Source: a virus
Lineage: Duplodnaviria > Caudoviricetes
Direction: 5' to 3' (one strand)
Length of the DNA stretch: 42,122 bases
Virus record (IMG/VR): IMGVR_UViG_3300036987_000471
Coordinates: 1-42,122 of that record
Under the pieces are notes generated by a model. The model ran no database searches, was not told where the DNA came from, and saw only the letters and a program-made list of their open reading frames with translations. This document shows, one piece after another, positions 17,670 through 25,614 of the stretch. The position numbers and the translations under genes were made by a program. How positions within the stretch are numbered: the first letter of the stretch is position 1; each line of letters starts with the position of its first letter.

Positions 17670-17990
17670 TCATCGCAGGTCGGTTCCCTTGCTGTTGCGA
17701 GTGAGTACCATGCATCGAGGATGATAGCCGGCGGCGGTGACCGTGGCGACGGCAGACCAGAAGCGGCTGACTTTGTCGGTGCGGTTGACGCAGAGGGTTG
17801 GCTTGTGCTGCCAGGCGATCCGGATGCCTTGGGCACCCGGGTTGGCGTCCACCAGCAGGCGCCGGACGTCGTCCAGGGTGGGCCTGGGCGGCGTGGGGCG
17901 TGCGACGTTGGGGAAGGCCTGCCGAGCTGCAGCCTCGCGCGCCAGGAGGGCCTGGGCGAGGTGGCTGGGCATCTGGGTGAAGTCAGGCAT
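17670..17990 (-). CDS. Hypothetical protein (106 aa)
   Basis: AAGGAG RBS; part of the co-oriented array. Confidence 0.65.
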   Translation of the reverse strand: MPDFTQMPSHLAQALLAREAAARQAFPNVARPTPPRPTLDDVRRLLVDANPGAQGIRIAWQHKPTLCVNRTDKVSRFWSAVATVTAAGYHPRCMVLTRNSKGTDLR

Positions 17991-18031
17991 TGTGCTGCTC
18001 CTTGTTTCGCTGGTGGCGGCTGGCTAGAGGG

Positions 18032-18373
18032 TCACGATGTCCTTTGCCCAGAGCGGGGGCGTTGGATTTTCCCAAGGCAGTCGATGTAGGCGTTGGCGCT
18101 GGCGAGGAGGGTGTTCAGCCTGCTCATCGCGCAGTGCTGTCCCCGGCGGGCCTGGATCACGCGGTGCATGAACCATTCCGGGCTTCCGTAGGGCTTGGCG
18201 AGGGCCTTGCGCCGGGTTGCCGTGGGCTCTTGGAGGCATTTCGTGTTGAGGTCCCCCCGGTCGACGTTTGGGAATTCGACGTGGCACAGTGCCCAGTAGT
18301 GGTCGGCGGTGCTTCCTGCGCGGACCATGGCTGCTGCCAAGCGAAGGGTGGTGAGGGCGTTGTGCTTCTTCAT
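18032..18373 (-). CDS. Hypothetical protein (113 aa)
   Basis: AAGGAG RBS; part of the array. Confidence 0.6.
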   Translation of the reverse strand: MKKHNALTTLRLAAAMVRAGSTADHYWALCHVEFPNVDRGDLNTKCLQEPTATRRKALAKPYGSPEWFMHRVIQARRGQHCAMSRLNTLLASANAYIDCLGKIQRPRSGQRTS

Positions 18374-18394
18374 GGGTCTGTCTCCTTGGGTGTT

Positions 18395-18625
18395 TCAGTT
18401 GCGCGCGGGGCCCAGGTAGCTGGCGGCCAGTTTCTCGTTGTCCTCGGGAGTGCTGATGTCGATGCACTCCAGGGCGAAGCTCACCTCTTTGCGCCAGCGG
18501 GCCTTATCCAGCTGATCGAGGCAGCCCAGCTCCAGGCGCATCCAGGCTTCCACCCAGCGGGGCGAAACGTTGGGGCGTCCGCGGCGGGCCAGTTCGGCTT
18601 GGATGGCCTTTTGGTAGTGCGACAT
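18395..18625 (-). CDS. Hypothetical protein (76 aa)
   Basis: AGGAGG RBS; part of the array. Confidence 0.7.
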   Translation of the reverse strand: MSHYQKAIQAELARRGRPNVSPRWVEAWMRLELGCLDQLDKARWRKEVSFALECIDISTPEDNEKLAASYLGPARN

Positions 18626-18639
18626 GGTGTCCTCCTGGG

Positions 18640-18975
18640 TCAGCGGTTGAGCAGCTGGGTGATTTCGGCGGCGGTAGCGTGGCGGAAGCGGATGCCGCCC
18701 TTGGGGCCGACCACCAGTTGGACGATGTGGCCTTCGGCCCGGACGGCGAAGTGGGTCCCGGGCGTGGCGATCACGTCCCTGAATCGTGGCAGGGTCTGTA
18801 GGAGCAGGCGGGCGCGCGGGTCGCTGGCCAAGAGGGCCTTCTGCGTGGCATGGTCCTTGGCTTCGGCCTGGCGGCGGCGTTCGTCCTGCCTGTAGGTCTC
18901 TGCGTGTTCGAGTTGGGCGTCGGCCTCGATCAGGTGGGCGACCGGCGTGGCTTGGTAGAAGTCTCTGCGTGTCAT
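18640..18975 (-). CDS. Hypothetical protein (111 aa)
   Basis: GGAGG RBS; part of the array. Confidence 0.7.
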   Translation of the reverse strand: MTRRDFYQATPVAHLIEADAQLEHAETYRQDERRRQAEAKDHATQKALLASDPRARLLLQTLPRFRDVIATPGTHFAVRAEGHIVQLVVGPKGGIRFRHATAAEITQLLNR

Positions 18976-19041
18976 GGGGGCCTCCAGGTGGTCTGGCCCG
19001 GGCCGGCCTTGGGGGCCGGCACCGGGCGCGTGGGTGGTTAA

Positions 19042-19755
19042 TCAGCAGGCGCTGTTGTGCTGGCTGATGGCGGTCTTGGGCATCGTGTCGGCCCAGCCGA
19101 TGAGCTGGTAGCCGTAGCGGTTCAGGATGGTCTCGTGGCGGCTGGCCTCCCAGCGGCCGTTCTTGGCCCAGAAGTGGATCCGCTGCTCCCAGACCTTGCA
19201 GCCGGGGTTCTTCTGGTAGGCGCCGCAGTGGTCGTCGCTGTAGGCCCGTTCGGGCTGGTTGATGTCGGCCATGGTCTTGATGCCGATGGTGCGGGTTTCC
19301 TTGCCGATGGTGAGGGTGACCTGGGCGCGGCCGCCGGGGGCCATCAGGTGTCCGATTTGCTGCTTGATGTCGCCGACCAGGAGGCGGGCGCCGGTGGCGG
19401 CGGTTAAGGCCAGCTCAGCGGCTTCGCTGCCCCTGGTGTGGCCGTCCAGGGCCTTGCGGGTCTCGGTGGCCTTGGCCTCGGCGACCTTGAGGTGCGCCAG
19501 CAGGGCGGGCAGCAGGGTGTCGGCGTCAACCCGGCTGATCGTCGTCACGGACCCGAGGCGGTGAAAGGTGTCCGGGTCTGCGATGAGGTCGCTGTAATTG
19601 GCCAGGAGGATGCAGGTCTCCTTGACCTTGGCGATGGTTTCGGCGTCGATGGTGTTGCGCATGATGTGAAAAGTCCCGTCGACCAGAGCGGCCAGGACCA
19701 GGGTGGTCTTGCCTGTTTCGTCCGTGTGGCTGATGCTGAAGTGTTGGGTCGTCAT
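19042..19755 (-). CDS. Hypothetical protein (237 aa), first gene of module A
   Basis: ATG 19755 (MTTQHF...) follows the GGGAGAC RBS in repeat A. Confidence 0.7.
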   Translation of the reverse strand: MTTQHFSISHTDETGKTTLVLAALVDGTFHIMRNTIDAETIAKVKETCILLANYSDLIADPDTFHRLGSVTTISRVDADTLLPALLAHLKVAEAKATETRKALDGHTRGSEAAELALTAATGARLLVGDIKQQIGHLMAPGGRAQVTLTIGKETRTIGIKTMADINQPERAYSDDHCGAYQKNPGCKVWEQRIHFWAKNGRWEASRHETILNRYGYQLIGWADTMPKTAISQHNSAC

Positions 19756-19761
19756 TGGTCT

Positions 19762-19862
19762 GTCTCCCTTTGTGTTGGGCATAACTACGCAGAGATAGCT
19801 TGCGAAGTCAAGTAAAAGATCAGAAACATTCGGACATTTATGAATAGTAATAACAGTCAAAG
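19762..19862 (-). repeat. Module repeat A (~101 bp: dyad, promoter-like boxes, RBS)
   Basis: Aligns without gaps to B, C and D. Minus strand TTGACT-N17-GTAGTTA...GGGAGAC. Dyad-like site at 19827-19854. Confidence 0.9.
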
Positions 19863-19885
19863 AGATGCGTTAGGTAGATTAACGG

Positions 19886-19905
19886 AAAACGCCCCTTTCG
19901 GGGCG
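19886..19905 (-). terminator. Intrinsic terminator ending module B
   Basis: Minus strand CGCCCC-GAAA-GGGGCG-TTTT, just downstream of gene 19919-20311. Confidence 0.7.
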
Positions 19906-19918
19906 CTTGGTGTTGGGA

Positions 19919-20311
19919 TCAGGCGGCGGCTTCGGCTTGGGCCGGCTGGGCCGTGGGGCGGGCGCTGGCTGCCGGGGGAATCTCCTCCCAGCCCAGGGCG
20001 GCGCAGACCATGACCTTCTTGATGCCCGGCTTCCGCAGGTCCTGGACCACCAGGATATCGCTGGTGCTCATGCTGGTGTGCCAGAGGCCGGCGGCTTCCA
20101 GGAAGGGGCGGGCCTCGCCGTTCGGGCTCCACCGTTCGCCCTGCAGGGCGGCATAGATGCGCTCCTTGCTGGGCTGGTGGATGGTCAGCAAGTGAACGTG
20201 GGTTGTGGCGAGCTCCTCGGCGGTGGCGGGCAGGTCGCCCAGGGCGGCCCAGTTCAGCTTGGCCAGGCTGGGGAAGGCGGTCAGGTCGGTGATGATCGGG
20301 GAGTGGGACAT
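19919..20311 (-). CDS. YodL-like domain protein
   Basis: ERIYAALQG...HTSMSTSDILVV...MVCAALGWEEI resembles the YodL motif (H-S-[LM]-S-x-x-D-[VI]). AAGGAG RBS. Confidence 0.55.
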   Translation of the reverse strand: MSHSPIITDLTAFPSLAKLNWAALGDLPATAEELATTHVHLLTIHQPSKERIYAALQGERWSPNGEARPFLEAAGLWHTSMSTSDILVVQDLRKPGIKKVMVCAALGWEEIPPAASARPTAQPAQAEAAA

Positions 20312-20344
20312 GGGGGTCTCCTTTCGTGGTGTGCCGGTTGTTTG

Positions 20345-20602
20345 TCATCCCTTGCAGTGGGCAAGGAGCTCCTGCTCGCCGGCCCAGGCGGCGAAGTCGG
20401 TCTGGACGCAGACGAGGATGAGGGAGATGCCGCCGTGGCCCAGGCGGCAGCCTTCGTTGAAGACGATGGACTGCCCGGTCCGGATCTGGTCCATGACCTT
20501 TTCCAGGCGGCCGCTTTGCATGTAGCGGGCGGGCCCGCTGATGTTCTTGGTCTGCGGGTCGTAGGTGAAGCGGCCGACGATGGTGGGGGTGGTGGCGTTC
20601 AT
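20345..20602 (-). CDS. Hypothetical protein (85 aa)
   Basis: GAGGA RBS; part of the array. Confidence 0.6.
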   Translation of the reverse strand: MNATTPTIVGRFTYDPQTKNISGPARYMQSGRLEKVMDQIRTGQSIVFNEGCRLGHGGISLILVCVQTDFAAWAGEQELLAHCKG

Positions 20603-20661
20603 CGGGTCCTCTTTTGGGGAAGGGCCCGGGCGCGCGCGGCGCCCGGGCGCGTGGTGTCGTG

Positions 20662-20964
20662 TCAGCAGATGCAGCTGGTCCAGGCGCTCTTGCGGCCGTA
20701 GCCCAGCTGGCGGCCTTCGACCAGGTAGACCACCTCTTCCTTGGCGGGCTCGGGCTCGCTGGGGAGGTTCTCCGTCGGGAGGCCTTGCTCTTCGCGCCGG
20801 TCGCGCTCGGCCTCCAGATCGGCCTCGTCCATGGCGCTGGTGGTGGTGATGCCCTGGATGTTGTTTTCGAAGGGCCAGCTATGCTGGGTCATCAGGCGGA
20901 CCTCGATGCCGGGGTGGGTTTCGGCCAGCTCTTCGAGTGTGTTGATCAGGTCTTCGATCTTCAT
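20662..20964 (-). CDS. Hypothetical acidic protein (100 aa)
   Basis: GAGGAG RBS; MKIEDLINTLE...EVRLMTQHSWPFE...VVYLVEGRQLGYG. Confidence 0.7.
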   Translation of the reverse strand: MKIEDLINTLEELAETHPGIEVRLMTQHSWPFENNIQGITTTSAMDEADLEAERDRREEQGLPTENLPSEPEPAKEEVVYLVEGRQLGYGRKSAWTSCIC

Positions 20965-20975
20965 GGTTCAGCTCC

Positions 20976-21170
20976 TCAGTAGGTCAGCTTGGAAACGAAC
21001 TCGCCTTCCTCGTCGCGGATCTCGATGGTGCAGCGGCCAGATCCCTTGGGGTCGGGGATGACCGTGTAGGTCCAGCCCTCGTCCTCGCCCTGGGCCAGCT
21101 GGGCGGCCGCATGGTCGGCCTCGGCCTTGTTGGCGAAAACCCGGGTGGGGGCGTTGGTGAGTAGCAACAT
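20976..21170 (-). CDS. Hypothetical protein (64 aa), first gene of module B
   Basis: ATG 21170 follows the GGGAGAC RBS in repeat B. Confidence 0.7.
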   Translation of the reverse strand: MLLLTNAPTRVFANKAEADHAAAQLAQGEDEGWTYTVIPDPKGSGRCTIEIRDEEGEFVSKLTY

Positions 21171-21175
21171 GGTGT

Positions 21176-21276
21176 GTCTCCCGTTTTGTTGGGCACAACT
21201 ACGCAGAGACACCTTGCGAAGTAAAGTAAAAGATCAAAAAGTTTCGGACATTTATAGATGTCCAAAACACTCAAAA
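21176..21276 (-). repeat. Module repeat B
   Basis: Contains a near-perfect 11-6-11 dyad GTTTCGGACAT-TTATAG-ATGTCCAAAAC (21241-21268). The -35-like box is TTTACT here. Confidence 0.9.
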
Positions 21277-21300
21277 GGATGTGATAACCAGATATATGCG

Positions 21301-21321
21301 AAGCGCCCCTTTCGGGGCGCT
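21301..21321 (-). terminator. Terminator-like hairpin ending module C
   Basis: AGCGCCCC-GAAA-GGGGCGCT-T, the same hairpin as at 19890-19905; weak U-tract. Confidence 0.6.
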
Positions 21322-21344
21322 GGTGACGGGGGTTGGGGCTGAAG

Positions 21345-21842
21345 TTAGCCTGCGATTCGCCAACCGCGATCCAGGCCGACCGTCTTGGCGCCGGCGATGG
21401 GTTGCCCGGCATCGAGGCGGACCCTTAACCCAACCTTGGCCCGATAGACGCGGCCCGTGACTAGCATGCCCAGGCCGAACAGGGCTGGATACATCCGTTT
21501 GACCCTTTCGCCGACCTTGGGCACGGGGAGGTTGTCCGTGCCGGGCCAGACGCCGGTCTTTTCCAGGGCTTCCCAGGCTTGGCGTTCCGCTTCTTCCTGG
21601 GCGAAGCGATGCCGGTACTCCCGGCGCAGCAGTTCGGCGTAGAGGGCTGCGATCTCGGCCTTCTCTGGTTCCGTCCTGTCGTTGAGGTAGCCGGAAAAGC
21701 GCTTGTAGGCCCGCTGCAGGGCGGCGTCATCCAGGGCGACCAGATCGGCGCGCGCCTGGGTGTTGTAGGCCCGCATCCAGGTCCTGTCGATGCGCTTGGC
21801 GAGGGCGGTTTCCACGTTCATGATGTTGAAGTTGGTCGCCAT
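21345..21842 (-). CDS. Hypothetical protein (165 aa)
   Basis: GAGGAGAAGGA RBS region; part of the array. Confidence 0.7.
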   Translation of the reverse strand: MATNFNIMNVETALAKRIDRTWMRAYNTQARADLVALDDAALQRAYKRFSGYLNDRTEPEKAEIAALYAELLRREYRHRFAQEEAERQAWEALEKTGVWPGTDNLPVPKVGERVKRMYPALFGLGMLVTGRVYRAKVGLRVRLDAGQPIAGAKTVGLDRGWRIAG

Positions 21843-21855
21843 GGGTCCTTCTCCT

Positions 21856-22032
21856 CTAGTAGTTCAGGGTCGCGGTGGTGAAGGTTTGCAGGTAGGCGCG
21901 GGCGGCGTCCTCGCCTTGCGTGTTGACCAGGGCCAGGGTGTGCTTGTAGATCTTCGTGTTCCAGTCCCGCTTTACGTTGGCCAGGAAGGTGTTGTTGGCG
22001 GCGGTTTGCTTGGTGTTGGTCTTGGTCGTCAT
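21856..22032 (-). CDS. Small protein (58 aa, MTTKTNTKQTAANN...TLNY), first gene of module C; absent from the ORF track
   Basis: Translated by hand. ATG follows the RBS in repeat C, TAG at 21856-21858. N-terminal MTTKTNT is identical to that of 22513-22938. Confidence 0.7.
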   Translation of the reverse strand: MTTKTNTKQTAANNTFLANVKRDWNTKIYKHTLALVNTQGEDAARAYLQTFTTATLNY

Positions 22033-22039
22033 GGTGTCC

Positions 22040-22140
22040 GTCTCCCTTTGTGTTGGGCATAACTACGCAGAGACACCTTGCGAAGTCAAGTAAATGGTGA
22101 GAAATCCTTGGACTATTTTGGATGTTTAAAACGGTCAAAA
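22040..22140 (-). repeat. Module repeat C
   Basis: Aligns without gaps to A, B and D; dyad-like site at 22105-22132. Confidence 0.9.
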
Positions 22141-22163
22141 GGATAGCCAACGCGGATTAAAGG

Positions 22164-22188
22164 AAAAGGCGCCTGGTTGGCGCCTTTT
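22164..22188. terminator. Bidirectional-type intrinsic terminator ending module D
   Basis: AAAAGGCGCC-TGGTT-GGCGCCTTTT. Confidence 0.75.
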
Positions 22189-22213
22189 AGGTCGGTTTGT
22201 GGCCCTGGGCTGT

Positions 22214-22477
22214 CTATCCTTCGTCAGGCGCCGGATGCGGCAGCTTGGCGTCCAGGCTGGCAGCCACGCCGTCCAGGCTGCCCTTCAGCTCCTGCAGGCG
22301 GCCCATGACGGCGCCCATCTGCTGCTGCAGGTCCTGATCCTGCCCCAGCTGCAGGAAGGCCTGCTGCAGGGCGCCCTCCAGGCGGACCACGCGCTTGCGG
22401 GCGCCGTCCAGATTCGTCTTGCCTTCGGCCAGCTGCCCGGCCACGAAAGCCTTCACGTCCCAGTTCTGCTTTGCCAT
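22214..22477 (-). CDS. Small coiled-coil protein (paralog of 17292-17549)
   Basis: AAGGAG RBS; MAKQNWDVKAFV...LQQAFLQLGQD...VMGR. Confidence 0.75.
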   Translation of the reverse strand: MAKQNWDVKAFVAGQLAEGKTNLDGARKRVVRLEGALQQAFLQLGQDQDLQQQMGAVMGRLQELKGSLDGVAASLDAKLPHPAPDEG

Positions 22478-22512
22478 CGGTGAGTCTCCTTGGTGAAAAG
22501 GTGTTGTCCAGG

Positions 22513-22938
22513 TTACTTGCTTGCCCGGCCCAGCTCGAAGGCGGCGCGCAGGGCGGCCTTCAGCTGGTGGACGCTGACCTCGTGGAAGTCCAGGTCGTCC
22601 ATGTTCCGGGTCTCCAGGGTCTCGATGCCCATGTGGACCTGGGCCAGCGCCACCAAGTGGTCGTCCTCGATGTCCAGGTGGGTCTCCTCGGTGGGGGTCT
22701 CCCAGAGCTTGGCGGCGGCGGCAAAGCCGATCCAAGCTCCGTTCTCGTCCAGGCCGCGCTGGGCCAGTTCGTGGCGGGCCATCTGGGTGGCGTCCACCTG
22801 GCCGGTGGCCATGTGGAGGAGCAGGGCGGTCTTGGCGGTCTGAAGGATGTAGGCGTCGTCGCCGAGCTTCTCAACGAGGGCGCCAAAGGTCATGGGGCTG
22901 GTGGCGGCGCCGTTCTGGGTGTTGGTCTTGGTCGTCAT
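22513..22938 (-). CDS. Two-domain small protein with C-terminal DUF6900-like domain; first gene of module D
   Basis: C-terminal IETLETRNMDDLDFHEVSV..LKAALRAAFELG; N-terminal ARHELAQRGLDENGAWIGF. Confidence 0.65.
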   Translation of the reverse strand: MTTKTNTQNGAATSPMTFGALVEKLGDDAYILQTAKTALLLHMATGQVDATQMARHELAQRGLDENGAWIGFAAAAKLWETPTEETHLDIEDDHLVALAQVHMGIETLETRNMDDLDFHEVSVHQLKAALRAAFELGRASK

Positions 22939-22943
22939 GGTTC

Positions 22944-23044
22944 GTCTCCCGTTTTGTTGGGCGTAACTACGCAGAGAAAGCGCCGCAAGTCAAGTTAAAA
23001 GTGAGAAATCTTTGGACATTATAGCATCAATAAAACAGTCAAAG
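22944..23044 (-). repeat. Module repeat D, abutting the recombinase stop codon
   Basis: Aligns without gaps to A-C; dyad-like site at 23009-23036; ends 2 bp from the recombinase stop (23047-23049). Confidence 0.9.
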
Positions 23045-23046
23045 AC

Positions 23047-23895
23047 TTAGCTGCCTGGATTTCTGCGCTTTTCAATGGCCGCCCGCAGCTCCTCGTCCGC
23101 CACATGGGCATAGATGGCCGTGGTCTTGGGACTTTCGTGGTCCAGGGCCACCTGGACGAGACGCAGGTTGCCCGTCTGCCTCAGCAGGCTGGTGGCGAAG
23201 GTGTGGCGGAGGAGGTGCGGGTGGACGGAGCGGTTGATCCCGGCCAGGGCCGCCCACTGGTCCAGCAGGCGCCGAATGTGCCGGTCCCCGATGGGCTTGC
23301 CGCTGGACGACCGGAACAGGGGCGTGTGGGCTCGCTGACGGGCCACCAGGGGTTTCAGCAGGTCCCGGGTCTCCGCCGGCAGGAAGCGCGTCCGCTGCTT
23401 GCCGCCCTTGGTCGTCACGCGTACCAGCTTTTCGCCCAGGTCGACGTCGCCCGCCCTGAGTGCGGCCGCTTCTGCGACACGGATCCCCGTGTCCAGCATC
23501 AGGCAGAAGAGGGCGCGGTCGCGCGGCTGGCTGCGGATGTCCGTCCGGGCCTTCAGGGCTTTGCGCAGGGCTTTCTCCTCGACCTCGGACAGGAAGTCGG
23601 GGGTGGGCGGGAAGGCGCGGGGGAGCCGGATGGCGCCCAGGTCGGCGGCCAGGGGGTGCTTGGCCCAGGCCAGGAACTGGGTGAGGATGGTCAGCCCCCG
23701 CCGGACGGATCCACTTGCCCTTCCCTCTCGCGCGACGTACTGTGTAATCTGCTGCAGGGTCAGACCGTCCAGGGTTTGGCCCTCGTCGGCGAGGTGGCGC
23801 GCGAAGCGCTTCAGCTCGCCCTGGTAGGGCGCCAGGGTCCCTGGCGCCAGGTGCCTGGCCCGGAGGTGTTCCATGAAGTCCTGAATGCGGTGCAT
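23047..23895 (-). CDS. XerC/XerD-like tyrosine recombinase (282 aa)
   Basis: SAM-like N-terminal domain (APGTLAPYQGELKRF). Catalytic set R (TGIRVAE), K (TKGGK), HLLRH, LDH, Y (TTAIYAHV). No arm-binding domain and no IntI-specific insertion. Confidence 0.92.
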   Translation of the reverse strand: MHRIQDFMEHLRARHLAPGTLAPYQGELKRFARHLADEGQTLDGLTLQQITQYVAREGRASGSVRRGLTILTQFLAWAKHPLAADLGAIRLPRAFPPTPDFLSEVEEKALRKALKARTDIRSQPRDRALFCLMLDTGIRVAEAAALRAGDVDLGEKLVRVTTKGGKQRTRFLPAETRDLLKPLVARQRAHTPLFRSSSGKPIGDRHIRRLLDQWAALAGINRSVHPHLLRHTFATSLLRQTGNLRLVQVALDHESPKTTAIYAHVADEELRAAIEKRRNPGS

Positions 23896-24000
23896 GCTGT
23901 CTCCTGATGGTGTGCCTGGCGGGCCGGGTTCCGGGTTCCGCCGGGTCGTTTCCGGACCTAAGCGTGTGGATAAGATGGGGCCAAGTCAAGTCGAAAAGGC

Positions 24001-25605
24001 TTGATGGACAAGGCAATGGCACTCAAGAAGCCCAAAGTGGACCGCCTATCTGCGGACGAGATCTCCCTCGCCCAGATCCTGCTGGATCCGGTGGCCTTTG
24101 CCGCGGCTTTCCTGACGCAGCTGGATGGCGAGACGGGCGGCCAGCCCATGGCCCTCTGGCCCCACCAGCAGGAGGATGTGCGGGACACGGAGCGGCAGAT
24201 CGTCCACCAGGATGGCCGGGGCGTGGGCAAGACCGTGGACATCGTGGTCCAGGTCCTGCACTACGGGGTCACGGCCCGGAACGGCCGCATGCTGGTGACG
24301 GCGCCCAACGACGGCCACTGCAACAAGGTCATCGAGGAGGTGGAGGCCCACCTGCAGAACAGCGAGTTCCTGCTGGGCCTGGTGGCCGTGGACCAGAACG
24401 GCCGGCACCGCATCACGCGCAAACCCTACTACCAGATGCACTGGAAGAACGGCACGATCATCTACATCCGCCCGGCCGGCCCCACGGGCAAGAGCGTGCG
24501 CAGCTTGCACTGCGACCGCGTGCTGGTGGACGAGGCCGCCTGGTACCCGGAGCCCGCCTGGCGGGCCCTGCGCCGCGTGCTCAACCGCGGCGGCCAGATG
24601 CGCGCCTATTCCAACCCGAACGGCCTGCGCAACACGACCTACTACCGCATCACGACGGACAAGAAGAGCGGCTGGAAGGTCTACCACTGGCCCAGCTGGA
24701 TCGTGCCGGGCTGCACGGAGGACCACATCGAGGCGGACGCCCGATTCTTCGGCGGCCGCGACACGGCGGGCTTCCAGCACGAGGTGGCGGGCGTGCACGG
24801 CGCGCCGTCCTATGCGGCCTTCAACATCCGCCAGCTCCAGGCCAGCCTGCGGAAGCTGGAGAAGCTTTACAAGGTGATCCGCCTGGATGGGGAAGAGTTC
24901 GATGGCCTGCAATCCGTGGACGAAGCGACGGATCGCCTGAGCGGGGTGCTCGATGGCTTGGAGGAGAACCGCGGCGTGTACTGGCTGGGCGGCGACCTGG
25001 GCTACACCAACGACCCCAGCGAGCTGACGGTCTGGCTGGACGACGAGCGCGGGCGCCTGGTGCCTGTCCTCCGAGTCCACAACGAGCACCTGCCCTACAC
25101 CTACCAGGCGGCGCTCATCGCCCTCCTTGACGACCACTTCGACTTTGCCGGGCTGGGCCTGGATGCCGGCTCCAACGGGCTGTCCGTGGAGCACATCCTC
25201 ACCACCGAGGACCGCTACACGGATCACCAGTTCGCCCATCGGCTGGAGACCTACGACTTCGGCGGCAGCCTGACCACGGGCTACGATACGCAGGGCCGGC
25301 CCAAGACCCAGCGCGTCAAGGAGTACATGACCAGCCTGATCAATGGGCGCTTGGCGAATCGGACCATTCTCTTCCCCGCGGGCGAGGTGGATCCGGACTG
25401 GGAGGACCAGTTCACCACCCAGACCTACTCGCAGAGCCAGGCGAGCCGGATCGTGTACTCCAAGGGCAATGACCATATCATCGACTCCACCCGCTGCGCC
25501 GTCCTGCGCAAGGAGCGCGAGCTCTTTAAGCAGTTGGTGGACGATGGGTCGATGGGCGAGGCCGAGTTCGTGATGCCGGTCCTGACCGGCGACATCTTCG
25601 TGTAG
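24001..25605 (+). CDS. terL: Terminase large subunit
   Basis: Walker A GRGVGKT, Walker B VLVDEAA, C-motif SNP, RNase H-like GGDLG...D...DHIIDS. Start may be ATG 24004 or 24016. Confidence 0.88.
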   Translation: MMDKAMALKKPKVDRLSADEISLAQILLDPVAFAAAFLTQLDGETGGQPMALWPHQQEDVRDTERQIVHQDGRGVGKTVDIVVQVLHYGVTARNGRMLVTAPNDGHCNKVIEEVEAHLQNSEFLLGLVAVDQNGRHRITRKPYYQMHWKNGTIIYIRPAGPTGKSVRSLHCDRVLVDEAAWYPEPAWRALRRVLNRGGQMRAYSNPNGLRNTTYYRITTDKKSGWKVYHWPSWIVPGCTEDHIEADARFFGGRDTAGFQHEVAGVHGAPSYAAFNIRQLQASLRKLEKLYKVIRLDGEEFDGLQSVDEATDRLSGVLDGLEENRGVYWLGGDLGYTNDPSELTVWLDDERGRLVPVLRVHNEHLPYTYQAALIALLDDHFDFAGLGLDAGSNGLSVEHILTTEDRYTDHQFAHRLETYDFGGSLTTGYDTQGRPKTQRVKEYMTSLINGRLANRTILFPAGEVDPDWEDQFTTQTYSQSQASRIVYSKGNDHIIDSTRCAVLRKERELFKQLVDDGSMGEAEFVMPVLTGDIFV

Positions 25606-25614
25606 GAGGCCATC

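Noticed and set aside
21241-21268. Chromosomal dif site
   Set aside because: The geometry is 11-6-11, but there is no TTATGTTAAAT-like XerD arm and the site occurs in several copies.
19762-23044. Repeats as a CRISPR array, with the Cas4-like gene as a cas gene
   Set aside because: Repeats are ~101 bp and separated by 0.8-1.3 kb of coding sequence; no cas1/cas2 or short repeat-spacer pattern is present.
23047-23895. Recombinase as the integron integrase (IntI) serving the attC cassettes
   Set aside because: It lacks the IntI-specific insertion before the HxxR box and lies ~15 kb from the cassettes; it looks XerC/D-like.
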